Positions 8,733 through 17,620 of a stretch of 64,000 bases of DNA are shown here, piece by piece (within the stretch, counting starts at the first letter, position 1; each line of letters starts with the position of its first letter). The translations under genes were made by a program, and so were the position numbers. Source of the stretch: an uncultured Gaiellaceae bacterium. GTDB lineage: Bacteria; Actinomycetota; Thermoleophilia; Gaiellales; Gaiellaceae. The notes under the pieces are model-generated. The model was not told the DNA's origin and searched no databases. It worked only from the letters and a program-made list of their open reading frames with translations. Location: assembly GCA_963829845.1 (NCBI GenBank), contig CAWHKD010000012.1, forward strand, positions 31,859 through 95,858. Reading direction: 5' to 3'.

Positions 8733-11700
8733 CGAAGGTGACGCTCCAGCAGCCCATGGAGCAGTTCGGTCGAAGCGGCGTCGAGCTCCATTGCCTCGAC
8801 GAGCTCGTGGTTCAGCCCCGCCGTCACCGAAGCTGCAGGATCGTGCACGAAGAGGTCGCCGCCGCTCATCCCGGCCGCGAGATTGCGACCGGTCTCGCCG
8901 AGGATGACGATCGTGCCGGCCGTCATGTACTCGCAGCCGTGTGCACCCACGCCCTCGACGACCGCGGCGGCGCCCGAGTTGCGCACGGCGAAACGCTCGC
9001 CGGCGCGGCCGGCGCAGAAGAGCTGCCCGCCCGTCGCCCCGTACAGGGCCGCGTTGCCGAGCAGCACCGGGTCGCCGGCGTCGCCGTCAGGCGGCCTGAT
9101 CGCGATTCGCCCGCCGCTCATGCTCTTGCCGAGGCCGTCGTTCGCCTCGCCCGTCAGCTCGAGCTGGACGCCCGTTGCAAGGAACGCGCCGAAGCTCTGC
9201 CCGGCCGAGCCCGTGAGCCGCACCCGGACCCGGCCCGGAGGCGACTTGGCGCCGTAGCGTCCGCCGATGATGCCACCGAGCCGGGCGCCGACGGCACGAT
9301 CGCGGTTCGTCACGGTGAGGTCGAGCTCGACGAGGCTCGCTGTCTCGAGCGCCGGCGCGGCGGCTGCCGCAACCAGAGCGCCGAGCTCAGCGCCGGGCGG
9401 CTCGTGCTGCTGCGCGGCGCAGTGCGCGACGGGACCCGAGCCCACACGCCGCATGAGCGGCGACGGGTCGAGCGCGGCTTCCCTGGCATTGCGAGGCGCC
9501 CGCCGGCGCAGGCATTCGACCCGGCCGACCGCATCGCCGAAGGTGCGGAGACCGAGCGCGGCGAGGTGGCGACGAACGTCCTCGGCGAGGTGCAGCAGGT
9601 ACGCCTCGACGTGGGCCGGTGTTGCCGCGAACTTGGAGCGCAGCTCGGGCCGCTGCGTCGCGATTCCGACCGGGCAGGTGTCGAGGTGGCACGAGCGCAC
9701 CATCAGACACCCCTCGGCGAGAAGCAATGCTGTGCCGAACGAGACCTCGTCGGCGCCGAGCAATGCCGCTGCGACGACATCCCGGCCCGTCTTCAGTCCC
9801 CCGTCGACGCGCAGGCGAACGCGGCTCCGCAACCCTTCCGAGACGAGGGTCTGCTGCGTCTCGGCGAGACCGAGCTCCCAGGGGGCGCCGGCGTTCTTGA
9901 TCGAGGAGAGCGGACTGGCGCCGGTGCCGCCGTCGCAGCCGGCGACGTGGACGACGTCGGCCAGCGCCTTGACCACACCGGCCGCGACGAGCCCGACACC
10001 GGCCTCGGCGACGAGCTTCACCGAGACGGCGGCAGTCGGATTGACCTGCCTGAGGTCGAAGACGAGCTGCGCCAGATCCTCGATCGAGTAGATGTCGTGA
10101 TGGGGAGGAGGCGAGATCAGGCCGATCCCGGGCTCCGTGTGCCGCAGCCGCGCGATCTCGGCGGTGACCTTGTGGCCGGGCAGCTGGCCACCCTCGCCGG
10201 GCTTGGAGCCCTGGGCGATCTTGATCTGGAGCTCGTCCGCGTGCGCGGCGTACTCCGCTGTGACGCCGAACCGCCCCGACGCGACTTGCTTGATCCGAGA
10301 GTTGCGCTCGTCCCGGAAACGCGCAGGATCCTCGCCGCCCTCGCCGCAGTTCGAGCGCCCGCCGAGACGGTTGAAGGCGATCGCGACCGTCTCGTGCGCC
10401 TCCGCCGAGAGCGAGCCGTGCGACATGCCACCGCTCGAGAAGCGCCGCAGGATCGACTCGACCGGCTCGACCTCGTCGATCGGCACGAGCGGGCCCGCGC
10501 TGACAAGCTCGAGCAGATCGCGCGGCTCGAGCGGCGCGCGACCGTCGACGAGCGCGGCGAAGCGGCGGTACTCCTCGGTGCCGCCGCGGCCGTCGACGGC
10601 CCGGCGGAGCGCATGCGCGGCCGAGACGGCCTGCAGCGCCTCGGCCACCTCCGGCGTCGTCGCGTGCGGCTCGCCGCCCGGCCGGTACTTGACGTAGCCC
10701 GGGCTCTCGAGCTTGCCTGCTGCCGAGCCGCGTGCGCGCAGCTCGCGCTCGAGCTCGGCGAAGCCGATGCCACCGAGCGGGGACGGCGTGCCTGTGAGGC
10801 AGAGCTCGGTCACCTCGGGCGCGAGGCCGAGCGCTTCGAAGAGCTGCGCGCCCCGGTACGAGGCCACGTCGGCGATCCCCATCTTCGCCATCACCTTGAG
10901 AACGCCGTCCTCGAGGGCGGCGCGGAAGCGGCGCTGCGCCTCCTCCGGCGACGGGTGGTCGCCGCCGAGGCGGTCTGCGCCGGCGAGTGCCGCCACCGTC
11001 TCGAGCGCGAGCCGGGGACAGACGGCGTCGGCGCCGTAGCCGAGCAGGCAGGCGAGGTGATGGCTGTCACGCGGCTCGTCGCTGACCATTACGAGCGAGA
11101 CGAGCGACCGGCGCCCCGACGCGACGAGCCTCTGCTGGACGGCGCCGAGGGCGAGCAGGCTCGGAATCGCGATCGCCGCATCCTCGTCGGTGAGCACGAG
11201 GATGTCGGCTCCGCGCTCGACGAGCGCGGAGGCCTGCGCGGCGAGCCGCCCGCAGGCCCGGTCGAGGCGCTCGCCGGCGTGGAGTCCAGTCGAGAGCCGG
11301 ATCCCGCGCAGCTCGTCCAGGACCGAGGGGTAGAGGAAAAAGCTCTCCAGCTCGAGCAGGTGCGCCGCTGCGGGACCCTCGCTCAGCAGCGGCTCGCGCC
11401 GGCCGATCAGCGTCCGCAGTGACATCAGCGAGCGCTCCCGCAGGTGGTCGATCGGCGGGTTCGTCACCTGGGCGAACCGCTGCCGGAGGTACGAGAAGAT
11501 GATCCGCGCGCGACCCGCCAGCGGCGGGAGCGCCGTGTCGTCGCCCATCGATGACGTGGGCTCGTGGCCGTCGGCCGCGCTCGGGCGAAGCAGAAGCGTG
11601 ATGTCCTCACGTGAGTAGCCGGCAGCGAGCTGGCGCGGCGTCAGGTCCTCCGCGGTCGGTTCGACCGGCTCACCGGGCCCGACCGTGCGACGGCCGGCTT

Positions 11701-12898
11701 CGAGCCAGCGACGGTACGGGCGCCGGCCCGCCAGCCGGTGCGCGATCGCGGCGTCCTCCTCGAGGCCGAGGCCGGGGTCGACGGCGAGCAGCTCGCCGGG
11801 GCCGAGGCGACTGCGGCGCACGCGGGCGGAGCGTGGGAGCGGCACCGCGCCTGCCTCGGATGCACAGGCGACGAACGACCCGGTGGTCGCCACGCGGAGC
11901 GGCCGCAGCCCGTTCCGATCGAGCGCCGCGCCGACCATTCTCCCGTCCGTGAAGACGATCGCAGCCGGCCCGTCCCACGGCTCCACGAGTCCCGCGTGGT
12001 AGCTGTGGAAGGCGGCCACATCGGGATCGAGCTCCGGATCCTCCTGCCACGCGCGGGGCAGGAGCATCGAGGCCGCATGACGGATGTCTCGACCTCCCCG
12101 GACGAGCAGCTCGAGCGCGTTGTCGAGGAGCGAGGAGTCCGAGCCGGACTCCTCGAGCGCTCCGGCCACGGCAGGCTCTGACTCGCGCCCCCGCATCGCC
12201 CGCACGTTGCCGTCGATCGTGTTGATCTCGCCGTTGTGGCAGAGAAGCCGGAACGGCTGTGCGCGCTCCCACGACGGGCTCGTGTTGGTCGAGAAGCGCT
12301 GGTGGAAGATCGCAAACGGAACCTCGAGCGACCCCTCGCGCAGGTCCGGGTAGAACGCCCCCAGCTGGTCCGCCGCGCAGAGCGCCTTGTACGTGACCGT
12401 GCGGAACGACAGCGAGGCGACGTACGCACCCGGAGTCCGCGCGGCGCGCCGGCGCGCGCGATAGGCCCGGAGCTCGGCCTCGTCGGCGGACAGGCCGAAC
12501 GGGCGCAGCAGGACGAGCTGCTCGATCGACGGCAGGCTCTCACGTGCGGTCTCGCCGAGGGCTTCGGGATCGACCGGGACCGTCCGCCAGCCCGCGACCT
12601 CGATGCCCTCCTGCTCGCACGCCTGCTCGATCGGCGCTCGCGCGCTCTCGTCCCGAAGAAAGACGTGCGCCAGTCCGCACCACGGACCCGGCACGAGCGC
12701 GGCCGGGATCGGCAGGAGCAGGCCGGCTCCGTCGCCGGTGCTCCGGTCGGCCGCGACGGCGCCGCGGTGGCGAACGTTCGCGAGCCCCTCCAGCGCCGCA
12801 TCCAGGATCTGCGGCGAGGCGCGACCCTGAGCGTCGGCCACGAAGCCGATTCCACACGCGTCGCGCTCGCTGCGCTGCTGGTCGCCGAGGTGGTGCAC
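8600..12898 (-). CDS. gltB: glutamate synthase large subunit
   Basis: 1432-aa uninterrupted ORF with a GTG start behind AGGGGG. N-terminal amidotransferase Cys in ERDACGIGFVAD, plus collinear central and FMN domains (PPPHHDIYSIEDLAQL) and a C-terminal GXGXG domain. No gltD lies adjacent. Confidence 0.95.
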   Translation of the reverse strand: MHHLGDQQRSERDACGIGFVADAQGRASPQILDAALEGLANVRHRGAVAADRSTGDGAGLLLPIPAALVPGPWCGLAHVFLRDESARAPIEQACEQEGIEVAGWRTVPVDPEALGETARESLPSIEQLVLLRPFGLSADEAELRAYRARRRAARTPGAYVASLSFRTVTYKALCAADQLGAFYPDLREGSLEVPFAIFHQRFSTNTSPSWERAQPFRLLCHNGEINTIDGNVRAMRGRESEPAVAGALEESGSDSSLLDNALELLVRGGRDIRHAASMLLPRAWQEDPELDPDVAAFHSYHAGLVEPWDGPAAIVFTDGRMVGAALDRNGLRPLRVATTGSFVACASEAGAVPLPRSARVRRSRLGPGELLAVDPGLGLEEDAAIAHRLAGRRPYRRWLEAGRRTVGPGEPVEPTAEDLTPRQLAAGYSREDITLLLRPSAADGHEPTSSMGDDTALPPLAGRARIIFSYLRQRFAQVTNPPIDHLRERSLMSLRTLIGRREPLLSEGPAAAHLLELESFFLYPSVLDELRGIRLSTGLHAGERLDRACGRLAAQASALVERGADILVLTDEDAAIAIPSLLALGAVQQRLVASGRRSLVSLVMVSDEPRDSHHLACLLGYGADAVCPRLALETVAALAGADRLGGDHPSPEEAQRRFRAALEDGVLKVMAKMGIADVASYRGAQLFEALGLAPEVTELCLTGTPSPLGGIGFAELERELRARGSAAGKLESPGYVKYRPGGEPHATTPEVAEALQAVSAAHALRRAVDGRGGTEEYRRFAALVDGRAPLEPRDLLELVSAGPLVPIDEVEPVESILRRFSSGGMSHGSLSAEAHETVAIAFNRLGGRSNCGEGGEDPARFRDERNSRIKQVASGRFGVTAEYAAHADELQIKIAQGSKPGEGGQLPGHKVTAEIARLRHTEPGIGLISPPPHHDIYSIEDLAQLVFDLRQVNPTAAVSVKLVAEAGVGLVAAGVVKALADVVHVAGCDGGTGASPLSSIKNAGAPWELGLAETQQTLVSEGLRSRVRLRVDGGLKTGRDVVAAALLGADEVSFGTALLLAEGCLMVRSCHLDTCPVGIATQRPELRSKFAATPAHVEAYLLHLAEDVRRHLAALGLRTFGDAVGRVECLRRRAPRNAREAALDPSPLMRRVGSGPVAHCAAQQHEPPGAELGALVAAAAAPALETASLVELDLTVTNRDRAVGARLGGIIGGRYGAKSPPGRVRVRLTGSAGQSFGAFLATGVQLELTGEANDGLGKSMSGGRIAIRPPDGDAGDPVLLGNAALYGATGGQLFCAGRAGERFAVRNSGAAAVVEGVGAHGCEYMTAGTIVILGETGRNLAAGMSGGDLFVHDPAASVTAGLNHELVEAMELDAASTELLHGLLERHLRYTDSARAGELLARWPEAAVEFTWLVPSTRAAADEEPELSSAAG

Positions 12899-12954
12899 GA
12901 ATGCCCCCTGGAGGGTTCGGAGGTACGAAAAGGAGAACCGCCTGGACGATCGAC

Positions 12955-13039
12955 CTAGCCGGCGTGGCGGAGAACTGAGCGCCGGCTAGCGCGTAAGGAC
13001 GCGCGCTACGAAGAAGCGGGAAATGAGCCGATTCTTCGT
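12955..13039 (-). promoter_or_regulatory. three consecutive hairpins in the gltB upstream/leader region
   Basis: Three adjacent hairpins lie 57-141 nt upstream of the gltB start: CTAGCCGGCG-n15-CGCCGGCTAG (12955-12989), AGCGCG-n8-CGCGCT (12988-13007), and ACGAAGAA-n16-TTCTTCGT (13008-13039). Confidence 0.35.
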
Positions 13040-13171
13040 GGGCGGGAGCATCTGCGTCCAGGGTAAAGCACCGCCCGGACGCCCGCAAACACGTGCCGGG
13101 CCCTACGCGCACCGGAGATGCATGAGCTGGTCGGAGTCGGCACGACGCCGCACGCGCGACCTGACGTTGCG

Positions 13172-13206
13172 GGACATGTCCCAGGGACAGACCCTGGGAC
13201 ATGTCC
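13172..13206 (-). terminator. 15-bp perfect hairpin downstream of the SIMPL gene, built from two GGACATGTCC palindromes
   Basis: GGACATGTCCCAGGG-acaga-CCCTGGGACATGTCC begins 8 nt after the stop at 13214. No U-tract follows. Confidence 0.5.
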
Positions 13207-13213
13207 GCTTCGG

Positions 13214-13909
13214 CTAGGAGACGGAGAAGGTGACCGAGACGACGGCGGCTACCTGCTGCGTCCCGGGCTCGATCGGCGTCGAGCCGGCCTCCATCGCCTT
13301 GTCGGCGACGGCGTAGGGCTGCGGTGCCGAGCCGCCGCCCTCGACGATCGCCGTGATGCGCCCGAGGGAGAGCTTCGAGGCCGATGCGAGCGCCTGTGCG
13401 CTGGCGCGGGCGTCCGCGATGGCAGCCCCGAGGGCGTCGCGGTAGAGCTCGCCTTGGTCGCCACGGGACAGCGACGGGCCGTAGACCTGGTTCGCGCCCG
13501 CGCTCACGGCCGCGTCGATCAGGGCACCGGCCTTCGCGATCTCCTTGATCGCGGCTGAGACCGTGTTCGTGGCGACGAACGCCTGCACGGCGTTCTGCTC
13601 GTCGTAGCGCGGCGAGAGCGAGACCGACTGCGTCCTGACGTCGGTGCCGCCCGCTGCCTTCACGGCAGCGATGACGCGGCGCATTTCTACGGCGTTCGCC
13701 GTGAGCGCCGCCCTGGCGGTCTGGCCCTGGCTCTCGACGCCGAACGAGAGCTCGGCACGGTCGGGGACCGAGGCAACCGAGCCAGTGCCCTGAACCGTGA
13801 TGCCGCCGGCCTCAGCCGCGGCGCTCGAGGCCGGCCCGGGGAGCGAGACGGCAGCGAACACGACGACGAAGGTCAGGAGCCCAGCGATGGGGAGGATTCG
13901 CTTTTTCAT
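13214..13909 (-). CDS. SIMPL (DUF541) domain periplasmic/secreted protein
   Basis: Signal peptide MKKRILPIAGLLTFVVVFAAV. GITVQGTGSVASVPDRAELSFGVE...TQSVSLSPRYD is typical of the SIMPL family. Confidence 0.85.
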   Translation of the reverse strand: MKKRILPIAGLLTFVVVFAAVSLPGPASSAAAEAGGITVQGTGSVASVPDRAELSFGVESQGQTARAALTANAVEMRRVIAAVKAAGGTDVRTQSVSLSPRYDEQNAVQAFVATNTVSAAIKEIAKAGALIDAAVSAGANQVYGPSLSRGDQGELYRDALGAAIADARASAQALASASKLSLGRITAIVEGGGSAPQPYAVADKAMEAGSTPIEPGTQQVAAVVSVTFSVS

Positions 13910-13939
13910 GCCATGTCTACGCCGCCGCGGGCGGCTGCG

Positions 13940-15164
13940 TCACAGGGATTCGAGGCGCGTGCGTGCCGCGGCCACCGCCGCGTCGACGCCGCCGGGACCG
14001 GGCGCAGGCCGGTCCGCGGGCGCCGGCGCCTCGTACGTGCCGTCACGCACCGACTCCGCGACCTGAGCGTGCGCATCGCGGAACGGGAGTCCCTCGCCGA
14101 ACGAGCTCCTCGGCCGCGTCGGTGGCGAGCAGGAGCGGATCGGCCGCCGCGGCCGCGAGCCGCTCGTGATCGAACTCGAGTCCACGCACGAGCGCGCTGA
14201 GTGCCGCCGGCGCAGCCGCAAGATCGGCGCGGGCTGCGAACACCGGAGCCTTGTCCTCCTGGAGGTCGCGGTTGTAGGAGAGCGGCAGCCCCTTCACCGT
14301 CGCAAGCAACCCGGTCAGGCGGCCGATCGCAGTGCCCGCCTTGCCTCGTGCGAGCTCGGCAACGTCCGGGTTCAGCTTCTGCGGCATCATCGACGACCCC
14401 GTGGCGGCGGTCTCGTCGAGGCGGGCGAAGCCGAACTCCGCCGTCGTCCAGAGCACGAGCTCCTCGCCGATGCGGGAGAGGTGCACAAAGCAGACGGCCG
14501 CCGCGTAAACGTAGTCGAGTGCGAAGTCGCGATCGGCGACCGCGTCGAGCGAGTTCCGCAACTGGTTCGGGGGTGCAGGCAGCGGCAGCGTCGAGCCCGC
14601 GAGCGCGCCCGCGCCGAGCGGGCTCGGCTCGGCGGCCGCGGCGGCCGCGGCGAAGCGGACGAGGTCACGCTCGAGCATCTCGACCCACGCGAGCAGGTGG
14701 TGACCGACCGTGATCGGCTGGGCACGCTGCAGGTGCGTGTAGCCGGGCATCGGCGTCTCCGCGTCCGCTTCGGCGCGGTCGAGAAGCGCGCCGGCGAGCC
14801 CGGCGATCGCCGCCCGCGCTTCGCCGGCCGCGTCGGCGACGTAGAGCCGGAACGCCGCGGCGACCTGGTCGTTCCGCGACCTCCCCGCGTGGATCTTCCG
14901 ACCGACGTCGCCGAGGAGGCGCTCGATCGCCGAGTGGACGTCCTCGTCGTCGGGCTCGATCCCGCTCCCCGTCGCGATCTCGACCAACCGCGCCTCTGCC
15001 CCCGTGAGCTCGTCGTCGTCAAGCAGCCCGGCGGCGTGAAGGCGTCGGGCGTGCACGGCCGTCGCCTCGCAGTCGTAGGGCAGCAGCTCGGCGTCGTCCG
15101 CGCGCAGGAACGCGGCCACGGCCGGATCGAGCGCGCGCGCGACTCGGCCCGCCCAGAGCGTCAT
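13940..15164 (-). pseudogene. argH: argininosuccinate lyase, interrupted by one extra base in a CCC run (14091-14093) as assembled
   Basis: MTLWAGR...GRSRNDQ...GSSMMPQKLNPD runs to ...AAEELVRRG in the frame of ORF 14043..15452. It continues as LPFRDAHAQVAESV...GGVDAAVAAARTRLESL in ORF 13940..14221. The 1225-nt span minus 1 equals 408 codons. The start overlaps the argG stop (ATGA). Confidence 0.85.
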
Positions 15165-16369
15165 GCGGTCGTCGTCGCCCGCTTGCGGGCGGCGGCGAGC
15201 TCGACCTCGAGCGACGCGATCTTGACGAACCCCTCCGCGGCCGCGTGGGGGAACGTCTCTCCGGCGCCGTACGACGCAAGCTGCTCGGCATAGAGCATGT
15301 GCGGCGAGCGCCGGCCGGTCACCACAGCGGCGTTCGGGCGCAACGAGACGCGAACGTCGCCGTCCACGAGCGCCTGGGTCGTGTCGACGAATGCATCGAT
15401 CGCCTCGCGAGCCGGGCTGAACCAGAGCCCCTCGTAGACGAGCTCTGTCCAACGCTGCTCGAGCCCGCGCTTGATCCGTGCCTCGTCCTTGGTCAGGACG
15501 ACGTCCTCGAGCGCCGAATGAGCCTGGATCAGGACGATCGCGGCCGGCACCTCGTAGACCTCGCGGCTCTTGATCCCCACGGCGCGGTTTTCGATCATGT
15601 CCAGGCGCCCGATTCCGTAGCTGCCTGCGAGCGAGTTGAGCCGCGCGATCAGCTGCGCGAGCGGCAGCTCCTCGCCGTCGAGCGAGACCGGGATGCCAGC
15701 TGCGAAGCCGATCGTCACTTCCGTCGGCTCCGGCGCCGAGGAGGGATCACCGGTCAGCGCGTACGGCTCATCCGGCGGCGCCGCCCAGGGGTCTTCGAGC
15801 ACGCCGGCCTCGATCGCCCGGCCGAAGAGGTTCTCGTCGATCGAGAACGGCGCCGCCTGCGTGGCCTGAACGGGAATTCCCTTATCGAGCGCGTACTCGA
15901 TCTCCTCGTCGCGCGTCCAGATCCGGTCGCGGAGCGGGGCGATCACGTGGAGGCCGGGATCGGTCGCCTTGAACGAGAGCTCGAAGCGCAGCTGGTCGTT
16001 CCCCTTGCCCGTGCAGCCGTGCACGACAGCCTCGGCGCCGAGCTCGACCGCGAGCTCGGCCACCGCCTGCGCGATCACCGGACGCGAGAGCGCGGAGACG
16101 AGTGGGTACTTGCCCTCGTAGAGCGCGTTGGTCTTGATCGCGCGCGCACACTGCTCCTCGGCGAACGCGGTCTTGCGGTCGACGAGGATGACGTCGTCGG
16201 CCCCCGCGGCACGCCCACGTTCGATCGACGCCTCGAGGTCGAACTCCTGGCCGACGTCGACGAGGACAGCGACGACCTCGTCGAAGCCGTACCAGTCCTC
16301 CTTGAGCCAGCTGACGATGCAACTGGTGTCGAGGCCGCCGGAGAAGGCGACCACCGCGATCCTACTCAT
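15161..16369 (-). CDS. argG: argininosuccinate synthase
   Basis: 402 aa with AFSGGLDTS and full-length collinearity. AAGGAG SD lies upstream of ATG 16369. Confidence 0.95.
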   Translation of the reverse strand: MSRIAVVAFSGGLDTSCIVSWLKEDWYGFDEVVAVLVDVGQEFDLEASIERGRAAGADDVILVDRKTAFAEEQCARAIKTNALYEGKYPLVSALSRPVIAQAVAELAVELGAEAVVHGCTGKGNDQLRFELSFKATDPGLHVIAPLRDRIWTRDEEIEYALDKGIPVQATQAAPFSIDENLFGRAIEAGVLEDPWAAPPDEPYALTGDPSSAPEPTEVTIGFAAGIPVSLDGEELPLAQLIARLNSLAGSYGIGRLDMIENRAVGIKSREVYEVPAAIVLIQAHSALEDVVLTKDEARIKRGLEQRWTELVYEGLWFSPAREAIDAFVDTTQALVDGDVRVSLRPNAAVVTGRRSPHMLYAEQLASYGAGETFPHAAAEGFVKIASLEVELAAARKRATTTA

Positions 16370-16387
16370 TCTGCTCCTTCAGTGGAA

Positions 16388-16400
16388 TGAATACTATTCA
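16388..16400. promoter_or_regulatory. candidate ArgR-type operator (ARG-box-like palindrome) upstream of argG
   Basis: TGAATA-c-TATTCA is a perfect 6-1-6 palindrome in the only AT-rich patch of the 67-nt argG upstream region. It resembles the TGAAT/ATTCA ARG-box core, but the spacing differs from the 18-bp consensus. Confidence 0.35.
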
Positions 16401-16436
16401 CTATAGCTGGATTTCATGCACCGATAGGCTGGTTCC

Positions 16437-17126
16437 GTGCAGATCCGCTTCGTCGACTGCCGGGCGCGCGACGCATATCTCGCCGGCCATGTCCCAGGCG
16501 CGGCTCATGCCGATCCCGAGAGCGAGCTGACCGGCGACGTCGGCGGGGGTCGCCACCCGCTCCCGAGCGCCGAGACGTTCGCCGCCTGGGCTTCCGCGGC
16601 CGGGGTCGGACCGGACACGCTCGTCGTCGGCTACGACGACGGCACGGGCTGGGCTGCCCGGCTCTGGTGGCTGCTGCGCCACTTCGGGCACGACGCGGCC
16701 GCCGTGATCCCGCTCCAGGCGTGGCGCGGCCCGCTCGCCGCGGGGGACGAAGAGATCGCGCCGGCGACCTTCGTCCCGCAGGCGCGCACGGACGACACCG
16801 CCGACGCCGCCGAGCTCCTCGAACGGCTCCGGGACCCGTCGCTGACGCTCGTCGACGCCCGGGCGCCGGAGCGCTGGCGCGGCGAGACGGAGCCGATCGA
16901 CCCGGTCGCGGGGCGCATCCCGGGCGCGAGGAACCGCTTCTTCCTCGACGAGTCGCCACTGCCCGCCGACCTACGGGACGCGCCGGACCTCGTCGTCTAC
17001 TGCGGCTCCGGCGTTACGGCCTGCGCCGTTCTGCACGAGCTCCAGCTCGCCGGACGCGACGACGCGCGCCTCTATCCCGGCTCGTTCAGCGAGTGGTACG
17101 CGCTCGGGCCGGTCGAACGCGACTGA
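16437..17126 (+). CDS. rhodanese-domain sulfurtransferase (SseA/thiosulfate sulfurtransferase-like)
   Basis: Two rhodanese modules. Active-site loop VVYCGSGVTAC and C-terminal LYPGSFSEW. GTG start. Confidence 0.8.
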   Translation: MQIRFVDCRARDAYLAGHVPGAAHADPESELTGDVGGGRHPLPSAETFAAWASAAGVGPDTLVVGYDDGTGWAARLWWLLRHFGHDAAAVIPLQAWRGPLAAGDEEIAPATFVPQARTDDTADAAELLERLRDPSLTLVDARAPERWRGETEPIDPVAGRIPGARNRFFLDESPLPADLRDAPDLVVYCGSGVTACAVLHELQLAGRDDARLYPGSFSEWYALGPVERD

Positions 17127-17619
17127 GAGTTTCGGCGAGCTGGTGCGCGCGATGGACTGAAATCCCATTCCGTTGCGCCCGCATGAGCTCGTGGTCGGTC
17201 TCGACGAGCTCGACGCGCGGGAGCACCCGCACCTCGCGCAGCCGCAACTGAACCGGCAGGCCCTCCGTGAATGCGTAGGGATGAAGCTCGTTGGCGAGCG
17301 TGCCCGAGAACGGACGGCTCCGCCATGCGTCCTCGTCGGGCCAGAGTTCGTCGAGCACCTCGAAGTCATCGGGGCTGACCTCGATCCAGCTGCCGTAGCG
17401 AAAGAAGCCCTCCTCACCGTCGATCGGAAGCTCCAGCAGCGCCCGGACGAAGAACCGCTCCCGGTCGCCTTCGCGGAGAATTGCTGCTGCCTCCCCTACC
17501 CACGCGCGCCTGTCCCTCTCTCGCTCCTCGATTCGGAGGATCGGGTCGGGCAGGCTCATTTGAACGTGGCGGGTGTCCCCGTCGTGCGTCTCCCCACAGA
17601 CACCGCAGGTGACAGCCAC
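17086..17619 (-). CDS. DUF2199 domain protein
   Basis: CGVCGETH opening, then FFVRALLELPIDGEEGFFRYGSWIEVS...RPFSGTLANEL, typical of DUF2199. Overlaps the convergent sulfurtransferase by 41 nt. Confidence 0.7.
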   Translation of the reverse strand: MAVTCGVCGETHDGDTRHVQMSLPDPILRIEERERDRRAWVGEAAAILREGDRERFFVRALLELPIDGEEGFFRYGSWIEVSPDDFEVLDELWPDEDAWRSRPFSGTLANELHPYAFTEGLPVQLRLREVRVLPRVELVETDHELMRAQRNGISVHRAHQLAETLSRVRPARARTTR

Positions 17620-17620
17620 G

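Noticed and set aside
7589-11422. 1277-aa plus-strand ORF, the second-longest in the track
   Set aside because: It is out of frame within amt and then antisense to gltB. The composition is dominated by R, A, G and E, with no domain signatures. The overlapping amt and gltB calls have strong motif support.
13023-13217. 64-aa plus-strand ORF in the gltB upstream region
   Set aside because: No convincing SD. Third-position G/C content is clearly lower than in real genes here, with many A- and T-ending codons. Its 3' half is simply the translation of the 15-bp palindrome. I treat the region as non-coding.
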